Positions 39,691-49,537 of a DNA stretch of 64,000 nt are shown here, one piece after another. The first letter of the stretch is position 1; each line of letters opens with the position of its first letter. The translations under genes were made by a program, and so were the position numbers. The stretch comes from a virus (taxonomy: Duplodnaviria > Caudoviricetes). A model generated the notes under the pieces. It was given only the letters and a program-made list of their open reading frames with translations. It did no database searches and was not told the origin of the DNA. The DNA lies in the IMG/VR virus record IMGVR_UViG_3300031555_004454, positions 3,916-67,915 of that record. One strand, given 5' to 3'.

Positions 39691-39701
39691 AAGCTCACCT
39701 C

Positions 39702-40244
39702 TTATCTTTCATATAGCTCACACTTCAGAGCCTTTTCAAGAGCAGTAATCTTGCCTATGTCAGTCAGAGTCCTATCTTCAATCATCTTCATAGCTTGAAG
39801 TCCAACACAGTTCTTGACAGGCATACTCATTCTGCCAATCTTAACAACAATCTTATCAATATCCATTGAGAATAAATTCTGAATTTCATCATATGTTATT
39901 GCATCCTTATAGAATCTCTCCATCTGAAGGTCTCTGAGTACTGCAATATCTACTTCAATCCAGTTCTCTGTGAAAAAGCGTCTATCTGTGTTCTTCATAG
40001 AATACAGCTCTTCCATCGGCATAGGGATTTCCTCACCGAACTCGTGCCATACTTCAGAATATCCCTGCAGTCTCTTGCTTACATAAATAAGCTTTCCGCC
40101 TGTCAGATTCTTAACCATAACGGTCTCAGTCAAGGGAATCTTCTTCTTAGGAACAACAGATTTAGTAAATTCAGGTGCTGTATTTTCAACAGCACCTGTA
40201 TCTACAGCTTCTTCGACCTGTGTTTTAGTCTTTGAATAAGCCAT
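39702..40244 (-). CDS. Hypothetical head-module protein, 180 aa
   Basis: Directly after major capsid gene. Confidence 0.55.
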   Translation of the reverse strand: MAYSKTKTQVEEAVDTGAVENTAPEFTKSVVPKKKIPLTETVMVKNLTGGKLIYVSKRLQGYSEVWHEFGEEIPMPMEELYSMKNTDRRFFTENWIEVDIAVLRDLQMERFYKDAITYDEIQNLFSMDIDKIVVKIGRMSMPVKNCVGLQAMKMIEDRTLTDIGKITALEKALKCELYER

Positions 40245-40275
40245 ATTACATCTCCTTTTATTCCGTTATCTTTTA

Positions 40276-41277
40276 TCAGGACATTGTGTAAACGCCGAAC
40301 TTCTTGTCAGGAAGAACAACCTGAACACCTGCATTGTTTACAAACAGATAATCCTCAGAGAAGTCAGCATTTGCACCAAATGTAGGAGGAACAATAAGTG
40401 CCTCACCTTCGTTTACATACTTGATGGGCTTTGTCTCTGTGCCGATAATATATACCTGATTATCAGGAAGAATGAAGTTATCAGTGCCTGTCTCATGAAT
40501 CTGGTTGATTCTTACCATAGGAATACCGTTAAAGTATCCGTAGAAGCCCATCTTGTAAGAAGCTTCCTTTGCAGACTCAGATACCTCTGCAGTCTTAAGC
40601 TTTCTGAGAGCGGATCTTGTACCCATAATTACGAGAGATTCACCATTGTTTGCCTCAACGTGCTCACAGAGTTCAAGGAGAGACTCTTCGGAGTAAGAAC
40701 CTGCCATAGGAATATATGTAGAACCGCTGTTATTTACAATGCCTGTCCAGCATTTGAAAATATCGTCATACTGCTGCTTAAGAATAGACTTGCCTGCAAC
40801 ATCGATAAGATGAGAAAGGTCGGAACGACCAGAAAGGATTCTGTCAAGCTCCTCGTAAACCTTAATGCCGTAAGTCTTCATATTAACGGAGAATCTTGTG
40901 CCACCGCTGATTCTCTGACGACGGATACCCTGAGTGCCACGAGCTACCTCGCTAACATGGAACAGAGAATCATCAGGCATATAGAACTCATTTGTGTCAC
41001 CAAGAGCAAGATTCTTATATTCAACAAGATTCATAAAGAACTCATTACCCTGAAGACCGTCAATTACAGTTCTTACAAGAGTTTCCTCGATGATAGCAAA
41101 AAGTTCTCCGCACTTACCATCTCTGACATCTCTCTTATCAAGATGATCCTTTCCGTTATTTGCAGCAACAATTGCCTCGTGAATAACAGAATTTGCCTTA
41201 TCTACAGAATAATTGCCTGCGGGCTTACCGTTATAGGTGTCAACTGCAAGCTGTACGATATCATTTATTGTAGCCAT
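40276..41277 (-). CDS. Major capsid protein
   Basis: 333 aa, strong high-expression codon bias, position after protease/scaffold and decoration genes. Confidence 0.8.
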   Translation of the reverse strand: MATINDIVQLAVDTYNGKPAGNYSVDKANSVIHEAIVAANNGKDHLDKRDVRDGKCGELFAIIEETLVRTVIDGLQGNEFFMNLVEYKNLALGDTNEFYMPDDSLFHVSEVARGTQGIRRQRISGGTRFSVNMKTYGIKVYEELDRILSGRSDLSHLIDVAGKSILKQQYDDIFKCWTGIVNNSGSTYIPMAGSYSEESLLELCEHVEANNGESLVIMGTRSALRKLKTAEVSESAKEASYKMGFYGYFNGIPMVRINQIHETGTDNFILPDNQVYIIGTETKPIKYVNEGEALIVPPTFGANADFSEDYLFVNNAGVQVVLPDKKFGVYTMS

Positions 41278-41298
41278 TATAAATTCACTCCTTCCAAA

Positions 41299-41805
41299 TT
41301 ACAGGGATACCTGAATGTAATAAAATGTATATCTGCCAAGTGTCCAAACGTCATCAATCTTGCCGATTACAGTGCCGGTTGCAGAATCAGCAATTTCGTA
41401 CTTGGTTGTATCCCCAACAACTACATACTTGCCCTTAGAGGGTACACCATTGAAGCCTTCCTTAGTTACAGAATAGCCATCATTGCTGTGAAGCTTGTAG
41501 CCACGAACTACCTTATCTGCAGCATTTACATACTCCTCAAGACCATACTGTCTGGACTCATCGTAGATTACTTCAGGATTTGCAATAACAGCAAGCTTAG
41601 AGATGGGAGTAGAGGCTGTAGGAGCAGTTGCCTTACGAACCTCTCTGCTTCCATCAAGATAATCGCCTACCTCTACAATTGAACCGTTGTCAATCTCTGC
41701 GGGCTCATCGTTCTCATCAAAATACTTCAGTGACACTAAGAGAGACTGGTCTTTAGTGCCACTCATATCGTCAATATTCATAACAGTGTGAATTGTGTTT
41801 GCCAT
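41299..41805 (-). CDS. Head decoration/minor capsid protein
   Basis: 168 aa beta-rich gene immediately upstream of capsid with the same codon bias. Confidence 0.55.
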   Translation of the reverse strand: MANTIHTVMNIDDMSGTKDQSLLVSLKYFDENDEPAEIDNGSIVEVGDYLDGSREVRKATAPTASTPISKLAVIANPEVIYDESRQYGLEEYVNAADKVVRGYKLHSNDGYSVTKEGFNGVPSKGKYVVVGDTTKYEIADSATGTVIGKIDDVWTLGRYTFYYIQVSL

Positions 41806-41825
41806 GTCAATAGCCTCCTTTAAAA

Positions 41826-43310
41826 TTATTTGTTGCCATACTTCTCAAACAGATCGCCATAAGGGGATTCATCAGAAGTAACATCTTCGTTCTTAATGGG
41901 AATCCTAATAAGTGAATTCTCCTTGTTTTTACAAGAAAAATTAAAATTCGCCTTAGAATCGGCGAAAATACACTTGCATTCAGTTTCCAGTTCTTTTACT
42001 GAATAATTTTCATATGTATCATACAGTGCTTCAAAGCTGGAATCACCCTTCAGAATCTCAGCCCACTTTTCAAGAACCTTCTGCTTTTCTGCATTTTCGA
42101 TATTTTTTTCAATATTCTGCTTATACTCTCTCAACTCATTCAGTTCAGCAGTAGCTGCTTCATAATCAGCCTTCATAGAATCAAGCGAATCAATATCTTC
42201 CTTTGTCATGACCAGCTTATGGACTTCAATAGGTTCGCCAACGAGAGATACACCATCCTCGTTGCGAGTATAGTGCTGCCTGAACAGCTTCTGTGAATTA
42301 TCGCAAGAATATACAAAGCTATCATCGGATACTGATTCAATGAAGAACCATTCATTTTCTGCTTTTTCTGTCTGAGAAATTGCCTCATAAAGAGAACATC
42401 TGTTGTCATCGATAGACAATTCATAGCTCTTTACAAATCTTGCAGGAGCATCATTGTTTTCATCTGCAGAAGTATCAGAGATCTGTTCTGTAGGTTCTGA
42501 ATCGTCAGCTTCAGCTACAGGAGTTTCGATCACAGAAGATTCTACGGTAACAGTATCTTCGGCAGGTGCAGAATCAGCCTGTTCTGCAAGTGTAATATTA
42601 TCGATATTATCCATTTCGTTCTTACCTCCTTCTTCTGTATTCTTCTTATTGAATAAAACAAGAGCGTCCTTGAGCTCTTGCATAATAATAAGCATATCTT
42701 CGGCAGAATACTTTTTCTTTGCCGAATAAGTTGTAGCCAGAGCGTCTTTCATCCCTGTGCCGCTGTCACGATTCAAGAATGTTATTCCCGTGTATTTATA
42801 ATCCGTGATATTGTAGACTTCCTGCATAACGTCATATGAAAACTGATTTACTGCGATCTCCATAGACAGTTTAATGTCTTTGTCTCTCTTGATGATGTCT
42901 TCAGCGTAATTGGAGTAATTTCTCCAGATATAACCGTCAACAAAAACATAGTTCCTACCGTTATATTCCTGCACATCATAATTGTTGATTTCAGGAATTA
43001 CACCGATAGGAACTTCTTTATAAATCATTCTGTATTCGCCTTCGTTGACTTTATCTTTTTCAATAGACATATCATGACCACCGAACTGGGGCTGATCGTC
43101 TTCATCGAAAACTACGTTAGCAAGGATAGGTATGTTTTTCAGCGACTCCTTAGCCGCATTTATATCATTGATATTAAAATGAGAACCTTTTGGGTTTGTA
43201 CCGTCGTGACATACTCTTAATCTCATCTTGATAAATCTTTCGCTGTCAAAACTTTCATCAAGCTCATATGTAACAGCGAGAGGGAAACTGTATTTTTCAA
43301 TCTGTTCCAT
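41826..43310 (-). CDS. Prohead protease/scaffold fusion
   Basis: N-terminal protease-like domain (HDGTNPKGSHF...LSMEIAV...ITFL) plus acidic coiled-coil C-terminus. Confidence 0.7.
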   Translation of the reverse strand: MEQIEKYSFPLAVTYELDESFDSERFIKMRLRVCHDGTNPKGSHFNINDINAAKESLKNIPILANVVFDEDDQPQFGGHDMSIEKDKVNEGEYRMIYKEVPIGVIPEINNYDVQEYNGRNYVFVDGYIWRNYSNYAEDIIKRDKDIKLSMEIAVNQFSYDVMQEVYNITDYKYTGITFLNRDSGTGMKDALATTYSAKKKYSAEDMLIIMQELKDALVLFNKKNTEEGGKNEMDNIDNITLAEQADSAPAEDTVTVESSVIETPVAEADDSEPTEQISDTSADENNDAPARFVKSYELSIDDNRCSLYEAISQTEKAENEWFFIESVSDDSFVYSCDNSQKLFRQHYTRNEDGVSLVGEPIEVHKLVMTKEDIDSLDSMKADYEAATAELNELREYKQNIEKNIENAEKQKVLEKWAEILKGDSSFEALYDTYENYSVKELETECKCIFADSKANFNFSCKNKENSLIRIPIKNEDVTSDESPYGDLFEKYGNK

Positions 43311-43327
43311 AGATTCTCTTCGCCTTT

Positions 43328-43519
43328 CTAAATAATCAACGTGTTAGTCAAAACGTAATCTGACTTCTGGAGTTTTTCTTCGCAGAATTTTGATATAAAT
43401 TGAGACACTTCAAATACAAAAATGTTATCGTGCATCGAAAGGGGCTTACAGCCTTTGTTTATCAGTTCTTCTGCTTTTGTTTTATTCTGAATAACAATGA
43501 ATTTCATATTCCATTTCAC
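43328..43519 (-). CDS. Small hypothetical protein, 63 aa
   Basis: Between portal and protease. Confidence 0.45.
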   Translation of the reverse strand: MKWNMKFIVIQNKTKAEELINKGCKPLSMHDNIFVFEVSQFISKFCEEKLQKSDYVLTNTLII

Positions 43520-44997
43520 CTCGAAGAATTACTATCGTGCTCACGAGTATTTTCGTTAGAATCTGATATTTCTTCTCCCTTTTCTTCTGCTGTAGGAGCA
43601 CCGCCTTCATCGTCGCTGCTCATAGTATAGGATGATTGCAGAGGAATCATATTTTCGTGCAGCTGCAAGAATTCGTTCTCCATATACATTACAGCGTTCA
43701 TAACAGGGAGGTTGAAGCCGAGAGACGCAGCGATAGCAGATTTTACAGGTACGCCATATTGAGCGTCCTTTAATAGCAGGTCGTGAAACTCTCTCTTGTG
43801 AAACTCGCTTATATCGAGTATTGTAATTTGAAATTTCTGTGTTCCGCTTAAATTTTTAAGAAGCCTGTTTACGTTTCTTTCAATCTGTCTGTTTACAGCA
43901 AAGCATAAGCATTCATCAGAAGTAATAGAAATATTCAAAGAAGCGGCAGTTTGCTTGTCCGAGCCAAATAAAAGTGCGGATACTCCTGCGTCATTATAGA
44001 AATTACGAATCGCCTCATATGTTTTATCAGGGTCTTCTGCTCCGCTCTTTTCAAAATCAAATATTTCCACATCCATAGGAGTTTGGAATACGCCAATGTT
44101 TTCAGGAGTAATATTTTCCAATTGCTGATAGAACTGGTCTGCTAAACTCTTATCGATCAGCAGATTTCCATTTTCATCTGTAGGAAGCTTCAAACCTAAT
44201 GCTTTGTAATTTCTTAGAATAGACGTTCCCTTTTGAAGGTCTTTATAGTCTTCAATATCATATATTCCAAGAAGACAGCCTGCTAAAGGAATCAAGGGAT
44301 ATGTAACATCTTCAGATATCTTAATACAGAATTGACGCTTATCATCAAGCAGCTGCCATCTTAGCGTGGTATCTTTTTTATATAGTTCATACTTCTCAAT
44401 AAATTCTGTTCCGTAAGATTCAAGAAGGTCTTCCTTGCCTCTGAAATATGAAAAGTCAAAAGCCACAATATAACATCCGTCAACTATTGAAGCAATCTGT
44501 ACATAGTCGGGGTCAAGCTTTCTGATATAGAACGAATCCTTTGTCTGATATATATAGCCTGCGAAAATATCTTCTCTCCACGCCGTAACCAATGCTTTTC
44601 TCATTTCGTGTTGCAGATTGAAGACGGACATATAATCCAAAGCCTTTTTATAGGCAGTACCGAAAGCTTTTTCGTTAACTTCTTTATTTTTATCAAACTT
44701 GAAAGGATACATAATATACGTCAAAGGACACATATGAGCAAAATAATTGACTATTCTGCGGTATTGTGCCGATACTTCGTACAGATATATAGATGCATCA
44801 CGAAGCTGTTTGGCATTTGTTTCAGGATTCTTGAGATATTTCAAAATATCTGCTCTTGTATATTTGGTATATGTGGCAGGATACTTAGAATTACTTTTCA
44901 GATTCAGCAATTGTATGTCTGTCATCTTTGAGAACAAGCTGTTTGTCAGCGACATCGAAGCTTTCCATTCTTCATTGATTTTATTCTTTTCTTCCAT
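43516..44997 (-). CDS. Portal protein
   Basis: 493 aa gene directly after terminase; GVSALLFG and acidic C-terminal tail. Confidence 0.8.
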   Translation of the reverse strand: MEEKNKINEEWKASMSLTNSLFSKMTDIQLLNLKSNSKYPATYTKYTRADILKYLKNPETNAKQLRDASIYLYEVSAQYRRIVNYFAHMCPLTYIMYPFKFDKNKEVNEKAFGTAYKKALDYMSVFNLQHEMRKALVTAWREDIFAGYIYQTKDSFYIRKLDPDYVQIASIVDGCYIVAFDFSYFRGKEDLLESYGTEFIEKYELYKKDTTLRWQLLDDKRQFCIKISEDVTYPLIPLAGCLLGIYDIEDYKDLQKGTSILRNYKALGLKLPTDENGNLLIDKSLADQFYQQLENITPENIGVFQTPMDVEIFDFEKSGAEDPDKTYEAIRNFYNDAGVSALLFGSDKQTAASLNISITSDECLCFAVNRQIERNVNRLLKNLSGTQKFQITILDISEFHKREFHDLLLKDAQYGVPVKSAIAASLGFNLPVMNAVMYMENEFLQLHENMIPLQSSYTMSSDDEGGAPTAEEKGEEISDSNENTREHDSNSSR

Positions 44998-45001
44998 TTA
45001 T

Positions 45002-46765
45002 TCACCTTCCTATCGTCATACATTTCGGGCTTCTCAGTTTAAACCCAAACATATCCTTCGACAGATTAGGCTTTCTTAACTTTCGTTCAAGTTCATTTGC
45101 AATCTGGTTTGCATACGATAATGAACTATAACGGTCTTTTCGGCTTGTGCCGCTTTCTTTGATTTTTATCTCAGTTCCTACAGTAGTATATTCAAGATTG
45201 ACCATTTCGGAAATCAACAGAGACGTTTGTATAAACGGCATTCTTATTGTAATCTTATCTTCTTCTGATAATTCACAATAAGCCTTGCTGCTTTCGTATA
45301 TGTCCCTGAATTCCTCTTCGTCAAGTAAAAGTCGCATTTTTCCACGTCTGATACAGTCTCTCAAAGAATAAGCGCATTGAGTATTCCACTTAGACGAAGC
45401 CTTAACGCTGTAAATTACTTTTGCAGGAGAGCTGCTTGCACCTTTATAATGAAGAGCCATTTCTGGATCGTTAACACAAGTGAGGGCAGGATAAAATTCG
45501 CCCGATACATCATCGGTCATATCTTTTACAAGGTTGTCAAATACGCCTAAACCTACGCCCGCTGTGTCTATTACTATGTAATCGCAGTTCATCTGCTCGT
45601 ATAGCCGTCGTATCAGCATAGCCTGATCCTCAGTATGACCGCCTTCCTTGTTTTCTGAATAAAGTACATTCCTTATATATTGACCATCAGATGTAGGTAT
45701 CAGCTGCACAATAAAAATGGCTGTTGCGTCATTCTTATTCTTGCGACTACTCATTACTGCTATGTCAGCGGACAATATACGAATCTCACCCGGAACCTTA
45801 TCGATAGGTTTGATGACTTTATTAGATATCTGACTGTATATTTCTTTAGGGTACAACGCTGTACGAAGCCTTCTTGCTTTTGTCAAGTCGTCGAATTTAA
45901 AGAAAGAATCTTCGCTTTCTCCCCACCATAAACAGCCTGACTCCATACTGAACGAAATGTCATTAAAAGTAGGCTTAAGCATTTCTTCAATAATCTGGTC
46001 GGGATTCAATAATCCTTCCTTAATAGACATCTGATAGGGGAGTCCGCAAATAAATGTTTTGGTTGTCTGATTGAAAAGTTCAACTACATATGCCTGAGCT
46101 TCTTTATAAGCCCAATGAGATTTTAACCAAACTGAAGACATAAGAATCTTCTTGTTTCGTTCTTTCGGATAATTTTTATATTCAGGCTTCTTGAGGAATC
46201 CGGGCATACGCTCCGATCTCATAAAAGGCTCAAGAACAGTTTCTATGATTTCTTTCTTCACTAAACGGAACTCGTCGATCAGAAGAATGTGACATCTTGC
46301 GCCACGAGCCGTATCAGTGGCTGTTGTAATGAATATCTGCGAACCGTTCTTAAATTCAATGTAAGCGTCAACACTGTTTAACGTCAGTTGCTTTATTTCC
46401 AATCGTAAATTAGGGGAGTTCGGCATTAACTCGGTTGTAATCTTTTTCAGAACTTCCTTTGCTTGCTTCAACGTTTTTGAAGCTACACAAATTTTTGTTC
46501 CCGGATACAAAATGCACCTTATTACACAGAATACAGCCGTCAAGTACGTTTTTCCCAAGCCTCTTGCGGCAAGAAACATACTATTCGTACAGAGATTCAT
46601 CATAACCAGAATTATTTCTTGAAAAAGCTTTAAATCAAGACCGAGATAATCTTTTGCGAATCTATGAGGATTCTCCCTGTAAAATGCTGCTCTTTTGGCA
46701 ACGGTTGCCATTAGCTTTTCGGATTTATCCTGTATTCCTGTGTTATATTGTCTGTATTTGCTCAC
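45002..46765 (-). CDS. terL: Terminase large subunit
   Basis: Walker A AARGLGKT, Walker B ILLIDE, nuclease motifs SADIA...NDAT, KDRYSS. Confidence 0.92.
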   Translation of the reverse strand: MSKYRQYNTGIQDKSEKLMATVAKRAAFYRENPHRFAKDYLGLDLKLFQEIILVMMNLCTNSMFLAARGLGKTYLTAVFCVIRCILYPGTKICVASKTLKQAKEVLKKITTELMPNSPNLRLEIKQLTLNSVDAYIEFKNGSQIFITTATDTARGARCHILLIDEFRLVKKEIIETVLEPFMRSERMPGFLKKPEYKNYPKERNKKILMSSVWLKSHWAYKEAQAYVVELFNQTTKTFICGLPYQMSIKEGLLNPDQIIEEMLKPTFNDISFSMESGCLWWGESEDSFFKFDDLTKARRLRTALYPKEIYSQISNKVIKPIDKVPGEIRILSADIAVMSSRKNKNDATAIFIVQLIPTSDGQYIRNVLYSENKEGGHTEDQAMLIRRLYEQMNCDYIVIDTAGVGLGVFDNLVKDMTDDVSGEFYPALTCVNDPEMALHYKGASSSPAKVIYSVKASSKWNTQCAYSLRDCIRRGKMRLLLDEEEFRDIYESSKAYCELSEEDKITIRMPFIQTSLLISEMVNLEYTTVGTEIKIKESGTSRKDRYSSLSYANQIANELERKLRKPNLSKDMFGFKLRSPKCMTIGR

Positions 46766-47823
46766 GAGTCATCACCTGACCCGAATATATCTTCATATGA
46801 AATCTGATTTATATCTACGTCTTCAAGCTCAGGGCGATTGACAGTATATTTGCCTATCTCCTCCTCGTAAAGCTTGCTCCAATTATTCTTAAATCCAAAC
46901 ATCTTAGATAGGTGTCCGAAGAAAAAGATGCTGATATAACGTATTATGCCATCTACGTCTTTCCATTTCTCATCAGGTTCTGGAACAGGGTCTTCATCTT
47001 CCCAACGCTTTATGAGAACGCCAAACGACGCTGTATCGCTCAAAGTGTTTTCGCTGCTCTGTTTAGGTTGAATGCCTGCAGCATTCATCAGGTCGTTCAT
47101 AGCCTTACATAAGCTATCAACCTTGTCTCCACGCTGGATTCCACGCATAATCTGCAGTTCAAGCAAGCATATCTTTTGTATGATAGCTTCCATCGCTTTT
47201 GCCTGCACAGGATACGAAATAATCCATTCAGAATATCTGCTGTCCAGATATTCATAATCTTCAGGCTTGAAACCCGAACCCCAGAATGAAACAGTATCAG
47301 GATCTACTTCCTGAGTAGAATACATATCTTCATATGTAACGATACGCTTTTCTTCCTCTTCAGCTTTCCTTTTTTCTTCATCTATCGTATCAGAGTATGT
47401 TTTATTTGCAAATCTCGCAGTATAACTTTTGGTAATATAATAGGTCATTCTTTTTAGAGGCTTCGATGCTTTTTTCATAGCATCGACCAGTTCTTGACAG
47501 TAATATATATCCAATATCATACATAAACGCCTTACAGTATCTTCTTCACTGTTTGTTTCGGCAAAAATCTCTTCATACGATGAATCCAGACATTCTTTAC
47601 AAAGCGGGAGCTTGCATCTGTTCCCTATATGAAACTTACTGAAACTTGTCATAAACTCCTTATCATCGTCTAAGGTTTGCTTTCCGCATTTTAAGCAGCG
47701 ATACATATAAGGAACAGCTTCTTCTCCATTTGTAATATACCTCATCATTTCAGCTGCGGTATCAACAGGTTTTGCAGGCTTGTGACAATAACTGGTTTTT
47801 CTTCCGAGATTCTGTTTCGCCAT
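46762..47823 (-). CDS. Conserved protein upstream of TerL (possible small terminase), Cys-rich N-terminus
   Basis: CLKCG...LPLCKECL; position; start reassigned to ATG 47823 after GGAGG. Confidence 0.55.
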   Translation of the reverse strand: MAKQNLGRKTSYCHKPAKPVDTAAEMMRYITNGEEAVPYMYRCLKCGKQTLDDDKEFMTSFSKFHIGNRCKLPLCKECLDSSYEEIFAETNSEEDTVRRLCMILDIYYCQELVDAMKKASKPLKRMTYYITKSYTARFANKTYSDTIDEEKRKAEEEEKRIVTYEDMYSTQEVDPDTVSFWGSGFKPEDYEYLDSRYSEWIISYPVQAKAMEAIIQKICLLELQIMRGIQRGDKVDSLCKAMNDLMNAAGIQPKQSSENTLSDTASFGVLIKRWEDEDPVPEPDEKWKDVDGIIRYISIFFFGHLSKMFGFKNNWSKLYEEEIGKYTVNRPELEDVDINQISYEDIFGSGDDS

Positions 47824-47850
47824 ATTTATCCACCTCCTGCTCATCTGGTT

Positions 47851-48477
47851 TTATCGCTCACTTCGTTCTCTCTCAATTTCTCTTACTTTAATCTCTTTTT
47901 CCATAGCTTTTGTTTCCTGCTTTACTCGTTCTTTCTCTCTCAGCTTCTTTATATCTTTCAGTCTGTAGGGAAGATTCTCATATTGAAGCCATCTTCTGAC
48001 TCCGTTATCTGTAATGCCATACATTCTCGCTATTTCTGCGACAGTATGCTGCATAATCAGCTGTTTAAGCTGCCTTTTTGTAGGTCTTTCTACTCTTCTT
48101 TGAGCAAGGGAACTACATTCCATACAACAGTATTTCGCTGCAGGATTTGTAGGTCTGAACAGAGTCCCACAGTAACCGCAAGGGATTTCTGAATAAACAT
48201 ATTCACTTGAGTATACATTGGGGTCTTCTGTTTGTATAAGTCTGCCGCCTTGATGAAATCTGGAGTGAGCTGCCCTTGACTCAAATACGATTATATTGTC
48301 AGGAGAATTGTTTCTTCGGTTGTGATCTATATGATGAACAACTTCCCCCGATTTTAAAGGTCTTCCAAGTATTTGTTCCGCAACAACTCTGTGTTCTGCT
48401 ACGAAACCGAGATTATTTGATTCAGGGTGTTCAGGCATATAAATCATATAATATCCGCTGTAGCCCAATTGTTTCAC
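47851..48477 (-). CDS. HNH endonuclease with zinc finger and C-terminal HTH
   Basis: AEHRVVAEQILGRPL...VVHHIDHNRRNNSPDNI; CGYCG...CCMECS. Confidence 0.85.
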   Translation of the reverse strand: MKQLGYSGYYMIYMPEHPESNNLGFVAEHRVVAEQILGRPLKSGEVVHHIDHNRRNNSPDNIIVFESRAAHSRFHQGGRLIQTEDPNVYSSEYVYSEIPCGYCGTLFRPTNPAAKYCCMECSSLAQRRVERPTKRQLKQLIMQHTVAEIARMYGITDNGVRRWLQYENLPYRLKDIKKLREKERVKQETKAMEKEIKVREIERERSER

Positions 48478-48740
48478 TTCTTTCTATAAAAAATAAACCT
48501 CAGTCTGAGTTTACAGGCTGAGGCTGTTATACAATTATTATAGAGCGTGACATTTCGCCACGCTCCTAAAAAGGAGAGTAAAAATAACAGTTTTACTCGA
48601 ACCCCGCATACAGAAGAACAGTCTGAAGCGGCTTTGATGGTCAGGAGCATACTCTGACATATATTCATCATTATGCTGTTTTTGTTTTTACGGGGCTTCA
48701 AAAACACTAAAAACCATACCCGTCGGGCTAACTGCCCAAG

Positions 48741-48818
48741 TGGTTGCGAGTGGTTGGAGTCGAACCAACGACCTTCGGGGAATGAACCCGACGAGATAAA
48801 CCGCTTCTCCACACCGCA
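48741..48818 (-). tRNA. tRNA-Met(CAU), initiator-like, atypical
   Basis: Cloverleaf with TTCGA T-loop, encoded CCA, anticodon stem TCGGG/CCCGA with three G-C pairs; one extra nt in acceptor stem and pyrimidine at 37. Confidence 0.8.
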
Positions 48819-48891
48819 ATAAAGCCCTATTGGGCAGAGGCTTGTTCAGAGCACAAAACCTCTTGAAAGCTCATATTAAGGAAAGGCTGGA

Positions 48892-49239
48892 TTACTTCTT
48901 AGCTCTCCAGTCCTTATATACTCCGGGATTAAAAGCAAACTTGAATCCTTCGGACATTCTGAATCTGATAGCGTTGGTTTCGGGAATATCGTACGCTACT
49001 CTCTCAGCACTATCAGCGTCTTTAAATCCATAGGTTCTCTTAGCTGCTCTCTTAATAGGTTCAATCCATCCAAGCTTGAAAAGATATATACCTCTTCCGC
49101 CAAGAATTGTTTCAGTGATAATCTGCACAATCGCATCATACGCAGTCGTGCAATTTTCCTGAGTAAACCCCGTCAGAGATGACATTTTTCTTATGAACTC
49201 TTTCTTAGTGATGATTTCACAAGTATTCTTTTTTTTCAT
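48892..49239 (-). CDS. HU/IHF-family DNA-binding protein (divergent copy)
   Basis: ITKKEFIRKMS...GWIEPIKRAAKR...IRFRMSEGFK. Confidence 0.75.
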   Translation of the reverse strand: MKKKNTCEIITKKEFIRKMSSLTGFTQENCTTAYDAIVQIITETILGGRGIYLFKLGWIEPIKRAAKRTYGFKDADSAERVAYDIPETNAIRFRMSEGFKFAFNPGVYKDWRAKK

Positions 49240-49245
49240 ATATTA

Positions 49246-49521
49246 TTACTCCTCAAAAGCCTTCTTATATGTTTTGCTAAACTTAAATGTAGGAGAACAC
49301 TTTTCGGGCTTGTCGATAGGCTCACCAGTCTTAGGATTCTTATATGTACGAGCCTTTGTTGTCTTTACAGAAAAAGTTCCAAAACCCGCAAGCTTAATAC
49401 TGCCTTTATTGTCAAGTACAGCCATAATAGTACTTACTACAGAATCGAGAGCATTAGCAGCATCTCTTTTAGTCATATTTCCATTCTTAGCAATTTCATT
49501 GATAAATTCTACCTTAGTCAT
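49246..49521 (-). CDS. hup: HU DNA-binding protein
   Basis: MTKVEFINEIA...LAGFGTFSVK...ARTYKNPKTGE...PTFKFSK; start reassigned to ATG 49521. Confidence 0.88.
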   Translation of the reverse strand: MTKVEFINEIAKNGNMTKRDAANALDSVVSTIMAVLDNKGSIKLAGFGTFSVKTTKARTYKNPKTGEPIDKPEKCSPTFKFSKTYKKAFEE

Positions 49522-49537
49522 AATAAAATCTCCTTTT

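Noticed and set aside
40495-41682. 395-aa plus-strand ORF
   Set aside because: Antisense shadow of the codon-biased capsid and decoration genes; no RBS or recognisable motif
48474-48812. 112-aa ORF
   Set aside because: Overlaps the tRNA and structured non-coding RNA; translation artefact
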